Source of the DNA: an uncultured Acidobacteriota bacterium
Lineage (GTDB): Bacteria > Acidobacteriota > Thermoanaerobaculia > UBA5066 > Gp7-AA6
Assembly (NCBI GenBank): GCA_963764715.1
Contig: CAVXTP010000004.1
Coordinates: 1-29,595, forward strand
Reading direction: 5' to 3'
Length of the DNA: 29,595 nt
Positions 1 to 10,222 of this stretch are shown here, in pieces; the stretch's first letter is position 1; each line of letters starts with the position of its first letter. The notes under the pieces are model-generated. The model saw only the letters and a program-made list of their open reading frames with translations, was not told where the DNA came from and ran no database searches. The translations under genes and the position numbers were made by a program.

Positions 1-408
1 CACGGCCCACAGCGAGATCAGGCCGCCGACGACCATCAGGTACCAGGACAGGAGGTTCAGCCGCGGGAAGGCCACGTCCTTGGCGCCGATCATCAGGGGA
101 ATGAGGAAGTTGCCGAGGACGCCCGGGATGCCCGGGATCATGAAGAAGAACACCATCATCACGCCGTGCGTGGTGAACATCTTGTTGTACGTCTCGGACT
201 GGAAGAAGTCGCCGGCCGGCGTCAGGAGCTCGAGGCGGATCGCGGCGGCGTAGAGCCCGCCGATGGCGAAGAAGAACGTGACGCCGATCAGGTACAGGAT
301 CGCGATCCGCTTGTGGTCCTGCGTCAGGAGCCAGGACTTCACGCCGTAGCTCGAGTTCAGGTAGTTCGGGCGGCGGACCGCGGATTCGACGGGGGCGTTG
401 TCGCTCAT
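1..408 (-). CDS. ctaD: Cytochrome c oxidase subunit I, 5' part (runs off the window)
   Basis: Manual translation from ATG 408: MSDNAPVES...[15 protein letters not shown]...RLEL...[15 protein letters not shown]...[20 protein letters not shown], the conserved N-terminal motifs of heme-copper oxidase subunit I. Start overlaps the ctaC stop (ATGA, 405-408). Confidence 0.95.
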   Translation of the reverse strand, partial: MSDNAPVESAVRRPNYLNSSYGVKSWLLTQDHKRIAILYLIGVTFFFAIGGLYAAAIRLELLTPAGDFFQSETYNKMFTTHGVMMVFFFMIPGIPGVLGNFLIPLMIGAKDVAFPRLNLLSWYLMVVGGLISLWAV

Positions 409-1391
409 GGCTTTGCGGGCTTCCTTTCCGGCGCGGCGACGGCGGCGGGCGCCGGGACGGCCGGCGCGGCGGCCGGCGCCGAGGCGGCCGCGGGAGACGG
501 GATTTGATGTAGGCCGTCAGCTGCAGGAGACCCTCCTCGCTGATGAGGCCCTGGTAGGTCGGCATGATGGGCGGAAGCCCTCGACGAGCTTCGCCTGCGG
601 GTTGGTGATCGACTCGCGCACGTACGCCTCGTCGACGAGGACGGTCCCGGCCTGAGTGCGCACGGGCTTGCCGAAGATGCCGATGAGCGACGGCCCGCGC
701 GCCCCCTTCACCTCGCCGTGGCAGTTGTTGCAGGCCTGTTCAACCGCTTGGCCCCGGCCGCCGCGAGCGACTCGCCGGCCGTGCCACCGCGACCCAGGCC
801 TGGTAGTCGGCCGGCGTCATGGCGTAGATCCAGCCGATCATCCCGGAGTGGCGGGTCCCGCAGTACTCGGCGCAGAAGAGATGGTACTTCCCGGGCTTCG
901 TGGCCTCGAACCAGGCCGTCGAGAACCGGCCCGGGGGCGACGTCCCGCTGAAGCGGAAGGCCGGCACGAAGAAGCTGTGGATGACGTCCTCGGACGCCAT
1001 CGTCAGGCGCACCGCCTGGCCGACGGGCACGTGGAGCTCGTTCATCTCCCGGTGGCCGTCGGCGTGCTGGATCTTCCACGTCCACTGCTTGGCCGTGACG
1101 TAGACGTCGATCGCGTTGGCGGGGGGCCGCGTGATGCGGAACCAGACGGACGCGCCCCAGAAGAACATGACGAGCACGATCAGGAACGGGACGATCGTCC
1201 AGGCGATCTCGAGCGTGCCCGACTCGTGAATCTCGGTGGCCACCTCGTGTCCGGCGCGGCGGCGGTACTTGATCGCGAAGACGACGACGAGCGTCCCGAT
1301 AGATCAACGCCGTGACGGCGATCATGAAGCCGTAGAGCGCGTCGACGTGCGGGGCGAACGAGGATGCCTGCCGCGGCCAGATCTGCGGCAT
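405..1391 (-). CDS. ctaC: Cytochrome c oxidase subunit II with fused C-terminal cytochrome c (caa3 type); several frameshifts in this sequence
   Basis: Pieces in different frames: [17 protein letters not shown]; LEIAWT...DVIHSF...[12 protein letters not shown] (CuA site, ORF 740..1243); CNNCH heme motif near 718-732; YVRESITNP (ORF 517..711); [23 protein letters not shown]; Ala/Pro tail ending at TGA 405-407. Confidence 0.85.
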
Positions 1392-2252
1392 CAGCGGACC
1401 TCTCCGTGCGCGGCGGCGAGCGCTCGGGCCCGGCGGCGGGACATCGCCAGCATCCCGAGCCCGATCAGGACGACGGTCGCCAGGCCGGCGAGGCGAATGA
1501 TGTTGACGATGACGGCCCCGTACTTGCCGCTCGCCGGGTCGTAGTGGAAGCAGTAGAGGGGGACCTGGTCGACGGGCGTCCCGATGCGCCCGGCCGAGGC
1601 CTCGACGAAGCCGAGCCGCAGGTCCCGCGGGGCGTACTCGATGCCGTAGAAGTAACGGGCGAGGCGGCCTTCGGGAGTCGCGACCATGATCGCGCTGACG
1701 TGCGCGAACTGCTCGAGCTTCTCGTCGTAGCGGTACCGGTACCCGGCGGCCTTCGTCAGCGCCTCGACCGACGCGGCGTCCCCGGTCAGGAAGTGCCAGC
1801 CCGCGCTCGCCGCGGGGTGCTTGTAGCGCGACAGGTAGGCCTCCTTCTTGGCCGCGGCCATCGCCGGCGTCTCGCGCGTGTCGAAGCTGACGGCCACGAC
1901 GTCGAAATCGCGCCCGGCCTCGAGCGACATGACGTTCAGGGACGCGACGAGGCCGTTCAGGACCTGGGTGCAGAGCATCGGGCAGTTGTAATAGACGAGG
2001 GCGAGGATGACGGGGCGCTTCCCGAAGAAGTCGCCGAGCGCGACCGTCCGTCCGGCCTCGTCGCGAAAGGGGAGCGCGAGCGGAAGGCTCTCGTTGAGGC
2101 GCTGGTCGATCCCGATGTCCTTCAGCATCGCGGGCTTCTCGTCGGCCCGCACAGATCTGTCCCGGCGGCGGCGCCATGGCGGACTGGGCGCGAAGGGACG
2201 CCGAAAGCGCGAGCGCCGCCAGGACGCCGAGAGCGGGGGCGACGCGCTTCAC
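1391..2252 (-). CDS. SCO/SenC-family copper chaperone (frameshift near 2155)
   Basis: YYNCPMLC (CxxxC) and FAH motif in ORF 1391..2152. The signal peptide VKRVAPALGVLAALALSASLRA starts at GTG 2252 in another frame and overlaps the upstream stop. Confidence 0.88.
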
Positions 2253-2693
2253 TTCTTCACCTCTACGCCGGGCGTCGGCGCGGGCGGCGGCACGAGCGGC
2301 GCGAGCGGCGCGATGCCGCGCTCGGCGACGAGGTCCATCGCGCGGTCGATCGGGATGTGCACGACGCCCGAGGTCCGGTCCATCCAGCCGTAGGTCGCGA
2401 GGCGATCCATCTCCGCGGAGCGGAACTCCCTCCAGTGGCGGACCGGCTGGACCTGGAGCCTCGGCAGCGGCGGCGCGGCGTCCTCCCGCCGCTCCATTCC
2501 CGCGGCGGCGATCGAGGCCTCGTCCTTCTTCACCTCGCTGTTTTCGTGGCGCCGGAACCAGGAACGTCAGGAGCGCGCCGGCGATGGCGGCGCCCACGAG
2601 CACGATCCCGAGACCGACCGCGACCGACGTCTTCACCACGTCGGGCTCGGCGGCCACGCCGTGGGCGTTGGGCTTGCGGCTATCCGCGGCCAT
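2249..2693 (-). CDS. ActG-like small membrane subunit of alternative complex III (frameshift near 2555)
   Basis: N-terminal TM segment (SVAVGLGIVLVGAAIAGALLTFLV) from ATG 2693. C-terminal PRLQ...YGWMD...GVVHIPIDRAM is in ORF 2249..2533. Lies between actF and SCO. Confidence 0.7.
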
Positions 2694-3867
2694 GCGCGAG
2701 CGCCTCCTCGAAGCCGGGGTCGTGGGCGGGCAGGAGCGGGCGGGCGGCGAGGTTGCGGGCGTAGAAGGACACCCACAGTCCGCCGAGGCCCACCGGCACG
2801 GTCAGGTCGAGCCAGTGGATGCGGAACGCGCCGGCCGAGAAGGCCGGCAGGACGAGCCAGGCGACGTCGAGGAACCGCATGACGACGAGCAGCGCGGCCG
2901 CCTCGCCGAGAAGGCGCGGGCTCCGGTTCGCCTGCCGCGAGAGGAGCAGCAGGAACGGCAGGACGAAGTGGAACAGCAGGATGGCGAGCCCGAGCGCGCC
3001 CCAGCCGCCGCGGAACCGCGCGAGGTACCAGCCGATCTCCTCCGGGAGGTTGCCGGACCAGACGATCAGGTACTGGGAGAAGTTGACGTACGCCCAGATC
3101 ATCACGAAGGCGAACATCATCTTGCCGAGGTCGTGGAGGTGCCGGCCGCCGAGGAACGACTTCAACGGCTGGAGCGGCGCGAGGCGCAGGACCGCGAGGG
3201 CCGCCAGCGCGAGCGCCCCGAGCGCCTGGTTGACCATGAAGATCACGCCGTACATCGTCGAGTACCAGTGGGGCTCGAGCGACATCACCCAGTCGACCGA
3301 CGTCCAGGTGACCGAGAGCGCGTAGAAGACGAGCCCGCCCCCCGACAGGAGCTGCAGCTTGCGGTCGAGGAGCCGGTGCTCGTCGGCCGCGTCCTGCTGC
3401 CGCGACCACTTCCCGAGGAAGTACGCGAGCAGCAGCCAGCCGGCGAACGCCGCGGCCGCGCGCACCAGGAAGAAGGGCTCGTTCAGGTAGGCCGCCTTCT
3501 TCCGCAGGAGCTCGTCTTTGGCGACGAGGTCCGCGTGGGTCCACTCGTAGACGCGGTGCATCCCGAGGGCGACCGGGACGAAGAGCACGGCGCAGAGCGG
3601 GAGCGTGCGCGTGGCGGCCTCGAGCTCGCGCCGGATGGCGATGCCCCAGGCGCCGCCCGTCAGGTACTGCAGCATGAGGACCGCGAGCGACCCGACGGCG
3701 AGGCCGTTCCAGAAGACGAAGGCCGCCAGGTACGACCGGTGGAACTGGGTCGGGTCCTTGAACGCGCCCACGATGGAGACGGCGAGCGCGAGCACGCCGA
3801 CGATGAGCGCGCGCCGGGCGGCGCGGCCGGTCGTCTCCGGGAGGCGGGGATCGTTCGAGACGTCCAT
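2680..3867 (-). CDS. actF: Alternative complex III membrane subunit ActF
   Basis: 395-aa polytopic protein with DWVMSLEPHWYST, HDLGK and YVNFSQYLIVWSGNLPEE motifs; operon position. Confidence 0.9.
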   Translation of the reverse strand: MDVSNDPRLPETTGRAARRALIVGVLALAVSIVGAFKDPTQFHRSYLAAFVFWNGLAVGSLAVLMLQYLTGGAWGIAIRRELEAATRTLPLCAVLFVPVALGMHRVYEWTHADLVAKDELLRKKAAYLNEPFFLVRAAAAFAGWLLLAYFLGKWSRQQDAADEHRLLDRKLQLLSGGGLVFYALSVTWTSVDWVMSLEPHWYSTMYGVIFMVNQALGALALAALAVLRLAPLQPLKSFLGGRHLHDLGKMMFAFVMIWAYVNFSQYLIVWSGNLPEEIGWYLARFRGGWGALGLAILLFHFVLPFLLLLSRQANRSPRLLGEAAALLVVMRFLDVAWLVLPAFSAGAFRIHWLDLTVPVGLGGLWVSFYARNLAARPLLPAHDPGFEEALAHGRG

Positions 3868-4538
3868 CAGTGTTTCTCGCCTCCGGGCTGCGAAAACTCC
3901 TTCTCGATCTCGACGGCCTTCTTCCAGTCGTCGGCGCCGACGGGCAGGGGCGCCGGCTTCGGCGGGGCGTCGGGGCTCTCGAGCGGACCGCGGGCCTCGG
4001 CCGGCACGTCCGCGAGCGTGGCGCTCTGGGAGAGCTGGAGAGCGCGCACGTAGGCCGCGATCGCCCAGCGGTCCGCCGGCGGGATCTGCGCCCGGTAGTC
4101 CATCATCGCGCCGAAGCCGTTGGTCATGACGTCGAAGAAGTAGCCCACGGGCGCCGCGCGCAGCCGGTCGATCGCGTACGACGGCGGCTGCCGATAGCCG
4201 CGCTGGACGACGATCCCGAGCCCGTTGCCGGTCAGGCCGTGGCAGGGCGTGCAGAAGATGCCGTACCGCTCCTGCCCGCGCGCCAGGAGCTCCCGGGTCA
4301 GCGGCACGGGCAGCTCGGCGACCGGCTGGCCGTTCGACTTGCCCGTCAGGAACACGGTGTCGCCGTACGGGAGCCCCCGGGCGACCGTGTCCTCGACGAC
4401 CGGCCGCGCCGCGCGGCGGTCCTCGAAGAACGCGGACCCGCGCAGGTCCTTGTACTTCGGCTGGTCCTGCATGTCGCGGCGGCAGCCGGCGAGCGAGGCC
4501 GCGGCCGCGAGGAGCAGGATCGGCAGAGCGCGTCGCAA
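3867..4538 (-). CDS. actE: ActE monoheme cytochrome c lipoprotein
   Basis: Probable TTG start at 4538 after GGAGGAG (4544-4550); lipobox LAGC followed by RRDMQDQPK; single CTPCH heme motif. Confidence 0.88.
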   Translation of the reverse strand: MRRALPILLLAAAASLAGCRRDMQDQPKYKDLRGSAFFEDRRAARPVVEDTVARGLPYGDTVFLTGKSNGQPVAELPVPLTRELLARGQERYGIFCTPCHGLTGNGLGIVVQRGYRQPPSYAIDRLRAAPVGYFFDVMTNGFGAMMDYRAQIPPADRWAIAAYVRALQLSQSATLADVPAEARGPLESPDAPPKPAPLPVGADDWKKAVEIEKEFSQPGGEKH

Positions 4539-4540
4539 CC

Positions 4541-5077
4541 CTACTCCTCCACGTCCATGACGACCCGCGGCCCGAGCCTGGTCAGGAAGGCCCAGGTCTC
4601 GTCGTGATCGAACTTCGGGTCGCGCGCCTCGATGCAGAGGAAAAAGCGGTCGCGCGAGGCGAGCGCGAAGCGCGGGGAGTTGAAGACGGGGTGGTAGGGC
4701 ATCGGGAGGCCGTTCAAGGCCAGCATGCCGAGGACGGCCGAGAATGCGGCGAAGAGGATCGTCGTCTCGAAGGTCGGGACGATGAAGGCCGGCGCGCTGT
4801 GGAAGGGCTTGCCGCCGATGTTGAGCGGGTAGGCGATGACGGAGGTCCAGTAGCACAGGGCGTAGCCGCAGAGCCCGCCGAGGATGCCGCCGCCGAGCAC
4901 GACCGCCGGGAGCTTCCGGTCGTGGATGTCGAGCGCCTCGGTCAGCGCCTCGATCGGGTACGGCGAGTAGGCGTCGAGCTTCGTGAACCCGGCCTCGCGG
5001 ACCGTCCGCGTGGCCTCGACGAGGTCGTGCGGATTCTCGAACTCGGCCATCAGGCCGTAGAGCTTGGCGGCGGTCAT
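4541..5077 (-). CDS. actD: ActD (DUF3341-type) subunit
   Basis: Start MTAAKLYGLMAEF at ATG 5077 overlapping the actC stop; DAYSPYP, YPLNIGGKP and FETTILF motifs. Confidence 0.9.
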   Translation of the reverse strand: MTAAKLYGLMAEFENPHDLVEATRTVREAGFTKLDAYSPYPIEALTEALDIHDRKLPAVVLGGGILGGLCGYALCYWTSVIAYPLNIGGKPFHSAPAFIVPTFETTILFAAFSAVLGMLALNGLPMPYHPVFNSPRFALASRDRFFLCIEARDPKFDHDETWAFLTRLGPRVVMDVEE

Positions 5078-6468
5078 TCCTTCTCCTCTCCCTCGACCTT
5101 CGCCTCCGGCAGGATCGCCCGCATCTCGAAGATCGAGATCATCGGGAGGAGCCGGATGAAGAGGAAGAGCAGCGCGATGAAGAGGCCGATCGAGCCGACG
5201 AAGGTGGCCCAGTCGAAGATCGTCCCCTTGTACATGCCCCAGGAGGACGGCAGGAAGTCGCGCGAGAGGCTGACGACGACGATGACGTACCGCTCCAGCC
5301 ACATGCCGACGTTGACGATCATCGCCATGCCGAAGAGGGCCGGGATGTTGTGCCGGACCTTGCGGAACCACAGCGCCTGCGGCGCGAGGAGGTTGCAGAA
5401 GAGAAGCAGCCAGTACATGTGCTTGTACGGGCCGTGCATCCGGTTCCAGATCATGAAGCGCTCGTAGGGGTTGCCGCTGTAGAAGGACATGAAGGCCTCG
5501 ACGAGGTAGCCGTAGCCGACGATCAGCCCCGTCGCGAGGAGGATCTTGGCCATGTTGTCGAGGTGCTTGAGGGTGATGAAGTCCTCGAGCCCGTAGACTT
5601 TCCGGAGCGGGATCGCGAGCGTCAGGACCATCGCGAAGCCGGCGTAGATGGCGCCGGCCACGAAGTAGGGCGGGAAGATCGTCGCGTGCCAGCCGGGCAC
5701 GATGCCGGCCGCGAAGTCGAACGACACGACGGTGTGGACCGAGACGACGAGGGGTGTCGCGAGGCCCGCGAGGAGGAGCGAGGCCGTCTCGTACCGGTGC
5801 CAGTGCCGGGCCGACCCGCGCCAGCCCATGGCGAGCATGCCGTAGAGGATCCTGGCCCACAGCTTCTTGGCCCGGTCGCGCAGCGTCGCGAGGTCCGGGA
5901 TCATGCCGACGTACCAGAAGAGCAGCGACACCGTCGCGTACGTCGAGACGGCGAAGACGTCCCAGATCAGCGGGCTGCGGAAGTTGGGCCACATGCCCAT
6001 CGTGTTCGGGTAGGGCAGCAGCCAGTAGTCGAGCCAGGGCCGGCCGGTGTGGAAGGCGGGGTAGAGGCCGGCGCAGGCGACGGCGAAGATCGTCATCGCC
6101 TCCGCGAAGCGGTTGATCGAGTTGCGCCACGGCTGGCGCAGGAGGAGCAGGATCGCCGAGATCAGCGTGCCGGCGTGGCCGATGCCGATCCACCAGACGA
6201 AGTTCACGATCTCGAATCCCCAGCCGACGGGCTGGTTCACGCCCCAGATCCCGATGCCCTTGACGAGCAGGTACCCGAGGGCGCCGAGGAGGACCATCAT
6301 CAGGGAGAAGCCGATGCCGATCCCGATGAACCAGACGAGCGGCGTCCGGCGCGAGAGCGCGATCGACGCGAGCTTGTCCGTCAGCGTCGTGAACGAGTAG
6401 CCCGGGGCGAGGATCGCGCCCGACGGGGCGGGCTTGGCGCCCGAGCGGGGAGGAGTCGTCTCGCTCAT
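5074..6468 (-). CDS. actC: ActC, NrfD/PsrC-family quinol-binding membrane subunit
   Basis: Start MSETTPP at 6468; NFVWWIGIGHAGTLISA, WRNSINRFAEAMT, NFRSPLIWD and GWHATIFPPYFVAGA motifs. Confidence 0.93.
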   Translation of the reverse strand: MSETTPPRSGAKPAPSGAILAPGYSFTTLTDKLASIALSRRTPLVWFIGIGIGFSLMMVLLGALGYLLVKGIGIWGVNQPVGWGFEIVNFVWWIGIGHAGTLISAILLLLRQPWRNSINRFAEAMTIFAVACAGLYPAFHTGRPWLDYWLLPYPNTMGMWPNFRSPLIWDVFAVSTYATVSLLFWYVGMIPDLATLRDRAKKLWARILYGMLAMGWRGSARHWHRYETASLLLAGLATPLVVSVHTVVSFDFAAGIVPGWHATIFPPYFVAGAIYAGFAMVLTLAIPLRKVYGLEDFITLKHLDNMAKILLATGLIVGYGYLVEAFMSFYSGNPYERFMIWNRMHGPYKHMYWLLLFCNLLAPQALWFRKVRHNIPALFGMAMIVNVGMWLERYVIVVVSLSRDFLPSSWGMYKGTIFDWATFVGSIGLFIALLFLFIRLLPMISIFEMRAILPEAKVEGEEKE

Positions 6469-9400
6469 GCGCCGTGGCCTCCCTCGGGCTTCTTTCCGCC
6501 GGCGCCGCCGAGGGCGGGCAGCGGGTTCGAGAGCGAGGCGAGGTAGCTCGTCCGGGGGCGGGTGCCGAGCTCGGTCAGGAGGCCGTAGCCGCGCTTCTCG
6601 GCCTTGGCCTTCGAGACGCGGCTCGCGGGATCGTCGACGTTGCCGAACGTGATCGCGCGCGCCGGGCAGGCCTGCTCGCAGGCCGTGCGGATCTCGCCGT
6701 CCCCGATGGGGCGGTTCTCCTTCTCGGCCGAGTACCGCGCCCGGTTGATCCGCTGCACGCAGTAGCTGCACTTCTCCATGACTCCGCGGCTTCTCACCGT
6801 GACCTCGGGGTTGTTCACCATCTTGTGGATCTCGGTCGTGAAGTCCGCGTAGAGGAAGAAGTTGAAGCGCCGGACCTTGTACGGGCAGTTGTTCGAGCAG
6901 TACCGCGTGCCGACGCAGCGGTTGTAGATCATCTGGTTCAGGCCTTCGGCGCTGTGCACGGTCGCCGCCACGGGGCAGACCGTCTCGCAGGGCGCGTTCT
7001 CGCAGTGCATGCAGGTCACGGGCTGGTGGACCGTGCCGGGGTTCTCGAGGCCGCCCTCGTAGTAGCGGTCGATCCGGATCCACTGCATCGCCCGGCCGCG
7101 CTGGACCTGGTCCTTGCCGACGACGGGGATGTTGTTCTCCGACTGGCACGCGATGACGCAGGCGTTGCAGCCCACGCAGGTCGAGAGGTCGATCGACATG
7201 CCCCAGGCGTAGCTGCCCTTCGGGAGCTGCGGGTAGAGCGAGTCGCGCGGCCCCGGCGGCTCCTCGCCCATGTGGGCGACGACCTCGGGATTGGCGCGGT
7301 ACTCGTCCGCCGTCACGGCGCGCACCAGGTTGCGGCCCTCCATCGAGTGGTGGTGCTGGGTCGTCGCGAGCGACGCGCTCCGGAGCGTCTTCTCGAGCAC
7401 GAGGCCGGGCGCGCTCCACGGGCGCGCGCTCTCGCGCAGGGCGTACGCGTCGAAGCCCGTGCCGTTGGCGACGTGACCGCCGCGGGTGCGGCCGTAGCCG
7501 AAGTGGACCGTGACGCAGTCCTCGGCCTGGCCCGGCATGACCCAGACGGGCGCCTCGACGGTGCGGCCGGAAAGCGTCAGCCGGACGACGTCTTCGGTCG
7601 TGACGCCGAGCCGCTGCGCGGTCGCGGGCGCGATCAGGGCGGCGTTCTCCCAGGTCAGCTTGGTCAGGGGCTTGGCGAGCTCCTGCAGCCAGCCGTTGTT
7701 GGCGTAGGAGCCGTCGCCGATCGTCGGGTCGGGCCGGAAGAGGAGCGTCAGTCCCGAGTCGGAGGGGGGCGCCGCGGGGGCGTCGAGCGGGAAGCTCCGG
7801 AGAGCCGGCGTCTTCGCCGTCGACGCCGAGCCCGGGACAACGCCGTCGTGGAGCGCCTTCTGCCAGGCGGGGTCGTCGCCCGCGCCGGGCTTGCCGCGCC
7901 AGGCCTCCTTGACGATGTCGTGGGAGGAGCGCTCGGGCTCCGCCGAGAAGGCGGCGAGCAGCTCGTGCGCCGTCCGGCCCGAGAAGAGCGGCGCGATCAG
8001 GGGCTGCAGGATCGTGACGGTGCCGTCCTCGGTGCGCGCGTCGCTCCAGCTCTCGAGCGAGTGGGCCTCGGTCACGTGCCAGTGGCAGAGGCGCGAGGTC
8101 TCGTCGTCGTAGAGGCCGAGATGGATGCGGAGCGCGACCTTCTCCATCGCCTTCCCGAAGGCGAGGTCGGCCGGCGCGGAGAAGACGGGATTCCCGCCGA
8201 CGATCGCGAGCGTCGAGACCCGTCCGGCCGCCATGTCGGCCGCGAGCCCGGTCATCGCCTCGGTCTGCGCCGACGGGCTCGCCGCCGCGGGCGCCGCGTA
8301 GCGGACCGTCTTGCCGGCGTTGCCGAGGGCGGCGTTGATCGCGTGGGCGAGGGCGTGCACGACGGGCGGCTGCGTCTCGCCCGCGACGACGAGGCTCGAG
8401 CCGCGGTGCTCCTTGAGGTCGGCGACGACGGCGTCGGCGAAGGGATCGGGAGCGGAGCGGCGCGCGGGGGCCGGGACCGCCCCGACGCCGGCGGCGACCG
8501 CCCGGGCGAAGGCCTCGATCGCGGCGGGCGACATGGGACGCCGGTGATCGGCGCGCGCGCCCGTCAGGCTCGGCGTCGACTCGACGACGTAGAGGCGGTT
8601 CATCGCGGCGGCGCCGGGCCGGCGGCGCGACGTGAAGTCGCGGACGTGCCGGGGCATGGACGGGCCGCTGCCCAGGAAGTCGCTCTCGAGCGAGACGACG
8701 ACGTCCGCCGCGTCGAAGGAGGGCAGCGGCTCGAGGTCCTCGCCGAAGGCGAGCCGCGTGCCGGCGTAGACGTTCTCGCGGCCGGCCGGCTCCCAGGCGA
8801 CCCACTTCGCCGCCGGGAACTCCGCCAGCACGGCGCCGATCTGCGCGGCGAGCGTCGGCGAGGTCACGGTGCCCGTCAGGATGCGCAGGCCGGCGCCCTT
8901 CGACGGCCGCTCCTTCTCGAGGGCCAGGCGCACCGCGGCGTAGAACGCGCTCCAGGGCCGGATCTGGCCGCGCTCGGTCGTCACCTGCGACCGGTCGGGG
9001 TCGTACAGGTTGAGGATGAAGCCCTGCGCGAAGACGTCGGTGCCGCCGAGGCTCGCGGGGTGGAGGTCGTTGCCCTCGATCTTGACGGGGCGCCCCTCGT
9101 AGCTCTTGACGAGGATGCCGCGCGCGTAGCCTCCCGAGAGGTGCGCCGTGGCGTAGTGGAGGGCCTCGCCCGGGACGATCTCCTCGGGCGCCTTGACGTA
9201 CGGGAAGATCCGCTCGGTCGGCTGCCGCGTGCAGCCGGTCAATCCGGCCAGCGCGATCGACGCGCCCATGAGCGACAGGAGCTCCCGGCGGTTGACGCCG
9301 GAGTCGATCGGCACGCGGAACTCCCGGTGGAGGTGCTCGCGGAAGTCCTCGGTCTCGAGGAGCTCCTCGATCGAGCGCCAGTACTCGCGGCCCTCGATCG

Positions 9401-9479
9401 ACTCGAGGCGCTTGCGGGCGGCGGCGAGGTCCGACCCCCGGCCTGCCTCCCGCCTCCCGCCGCCTGCTTCCTGGTTCAT
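6465..9479 (-). CDS. actB: ActB, Tat-exported molybdopterin-oxidoreductase-like / Fe-S subunit
   Basis: Start MNQEAG at ATG 9479 overlapping the actA stop; YWRS, twin-arginine NRRELL, KIEGN..HP; C-terminal Cys clusters CVGCNACVIAC, CMHCENAPCETVCP, CVGTRYCSNNCP, KCSYC...CEQACP. Confidence 0.93.
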   Translation of the reverse strand: MNQEAGGGRREAGRGSDLAAARKRLESIEGREYWRSIEELLETEDFREHLHREFRVPIDSGVNRRELLSLMGASIALAGLTGCTRQPTERIFPYVKAPEEIVPGEALHYATAHLSGGYARGILVKSYEGRPVKIEGNDLHPASLGGTDVFAQGFILNLYDPDRSQVTTERGQIRPWSAFYAAVRLALEKERPSKGAGLRILTGTVTSPTLAAQIGAVLAEFPAAKWVAWEPAGRENVYAGTRLAFGEDLEPLPSFDAADVVVSLESDFLGSGPSMPRHVRDFTSRRRPGAAAMNRLYVVESTPSLTGARADHRRPMSPAAIEAFARAVAAGVGAVPAPARRSAPDPFADAVVADLKEHRGSSLVVAGETQPPVVHALAHAINAALGNAGKTVRYAAPAAASPSAQTEAMTGLAADMAAGRVSTLAIVGGNPVFSAPADLAFGKAMEKVALRIHLGLYDDETSRLCHWHVTEAHSLESWSDARTEDGTVTILQPLIAPLFSGRTAHELLAAFSAEPERSSHDIVKEAWRGKPGAGDDPAWQKALHDGVVPGSASTAKTPALRSFPLDAPAAPPSDSGLTLLFRPDPTIGDGSYANNGWLQELAKPLTKLTWENAALIAPATAQRLGVTTEDVVRLTLSGRTVEAPVWVMPGQAEDCVTVHFGYGRTRGGHVANGTGFDAYALRESARPWSAPGLVLEKTLRSASLATTQHHHSMEGRNLVRAVTADEYRANPEVVAHMGEEPPGPRDSLYPQLPKGSYAWGMSIDLSTCVGCNACVIACQSENNIPVVGKDQVQRGRAMQWIRIDRYYEGGLENPGTVHQPVTCMHCENAPCETVCPVAATVHSAEGLNQMIYNRCVGTRYCSNNCPYKVRRFNFFLYADFTTEIHKMVNNPEVTVRSRGVMEKCSYCVQRINRARYSAEKENRPIGDGEIRTACEQACPARAITFGNVDDPASRVSKAKAEKRGYGLLTELGTRPRTSYLASLSNPLPALGGAGGKKPEGGHGA

Positions 9480-10135
9480 CGGTGACACGTCGTGCAATCC
9501 GTCAACTCCATCGGGGGGCGGATACGATAATCCGTCACGAGCTTCGCGCCGATCTCCTCCTGCCGGCCGGCCGGAACGTAACCCATCGTGAAGACCTGGT
9601 CGCGCGGCCGCAGGAACTTCGCGGGATCGCGGTGGCACTCGAGGCACCACGACATCTGGAGGGTCGGGTGCTGGGAGACGAGCGGCATACGGTCGATGCG
9701 GCCGTGGCAGGTCTCGCACCCGACGCCCTTGGCCACGTGGATCGAGTGGTTGAAGTAGACGTAGTCGGGCAGGTCGTAGACCTTGACCCACTCGATCGAG
9801 CGGTTGGTCCGCCAGCTCTCCCGGACGGGCTCGAGCTCGGGGGACTGAGACCAGATCTGGGAGTGGCAGTTCATGCAGGTCTTCGTCGGGGGGATGTTGG
9901 CGAAGGCGGCCCGCTCGACGGTCGTGTGGCAGTAGCGGCAGTCGATGCCCATGGCCCCGGCGTGGTGCTGGTGGGAGAACTGGACCGGCTGGACCCGGGC
10001 GACCCCCTGGAGGGTGGTGTACGGCGACCGGTTCAGGGCGTCGAAGAGCCAGAGGAGCAGGCCGAGGAAGAAGACGGCCCCGAAAACGGACACACGCGAC
10101 GCCGTGTTCGTGCTGCGGTGGAAGATCTGGGCCAT
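9476..10135 (-). CDS. actA: ActA pentaheme cytochrome c
   Basis: Start MAQIFHRS at 10135; one TM helix; five CxxCH motifs (CRYCH, CMNCH, CETCH, CLECH, CTTCH). Confidence 0.93.
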   Translation of the reverse strand: MAQIFHRSTNTASRVSVFGAVFFLGLLLWLFDALNRSPYTTLQGVARVQPVQFSHQHHAGAMGIDCRYCHTTVERAAFANIPPTKTCMNCHSQIWSQSPELEPVRESWRTNRSIEWVKVYDLPDYVYFNHSIHVAKGVGCETCHGRIDRMPLVSQHPTLQMSWCLECHRDPAKFLRPRDQVFTMGYVPAGRQEEIGAKLVTDYRIRPPMELTDCTTCHR

Positions 10136-10222
10136 GACAGCTGGCCGGGAGCATAAATCAACCCGCTTCAGGGCTGGAAGAAGGAGCCAAGAAAGAGCAT
10201 AGAATTTCCCAAGAGGTTCCCA

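Noticed and set aside
480-2570. Programmed ribosomal frameshifting or phase variation in ctaC/SCO
   Set aside because: Too many breaks with no slippery heptamers or long simple repeats; sequencing error is simpler.
6474-9485. Long antisense or alternate-frame ORFs (e.g. 6474..9485+, 2176..4053+, 15461..17758-, 18641..20923+) and the N-terminal extensions of act ORFs in the track
   Set aside because: Arg/Gly/Pro-rich shadows of real genes caused by stop-codon scarcity in high-GC DNA.
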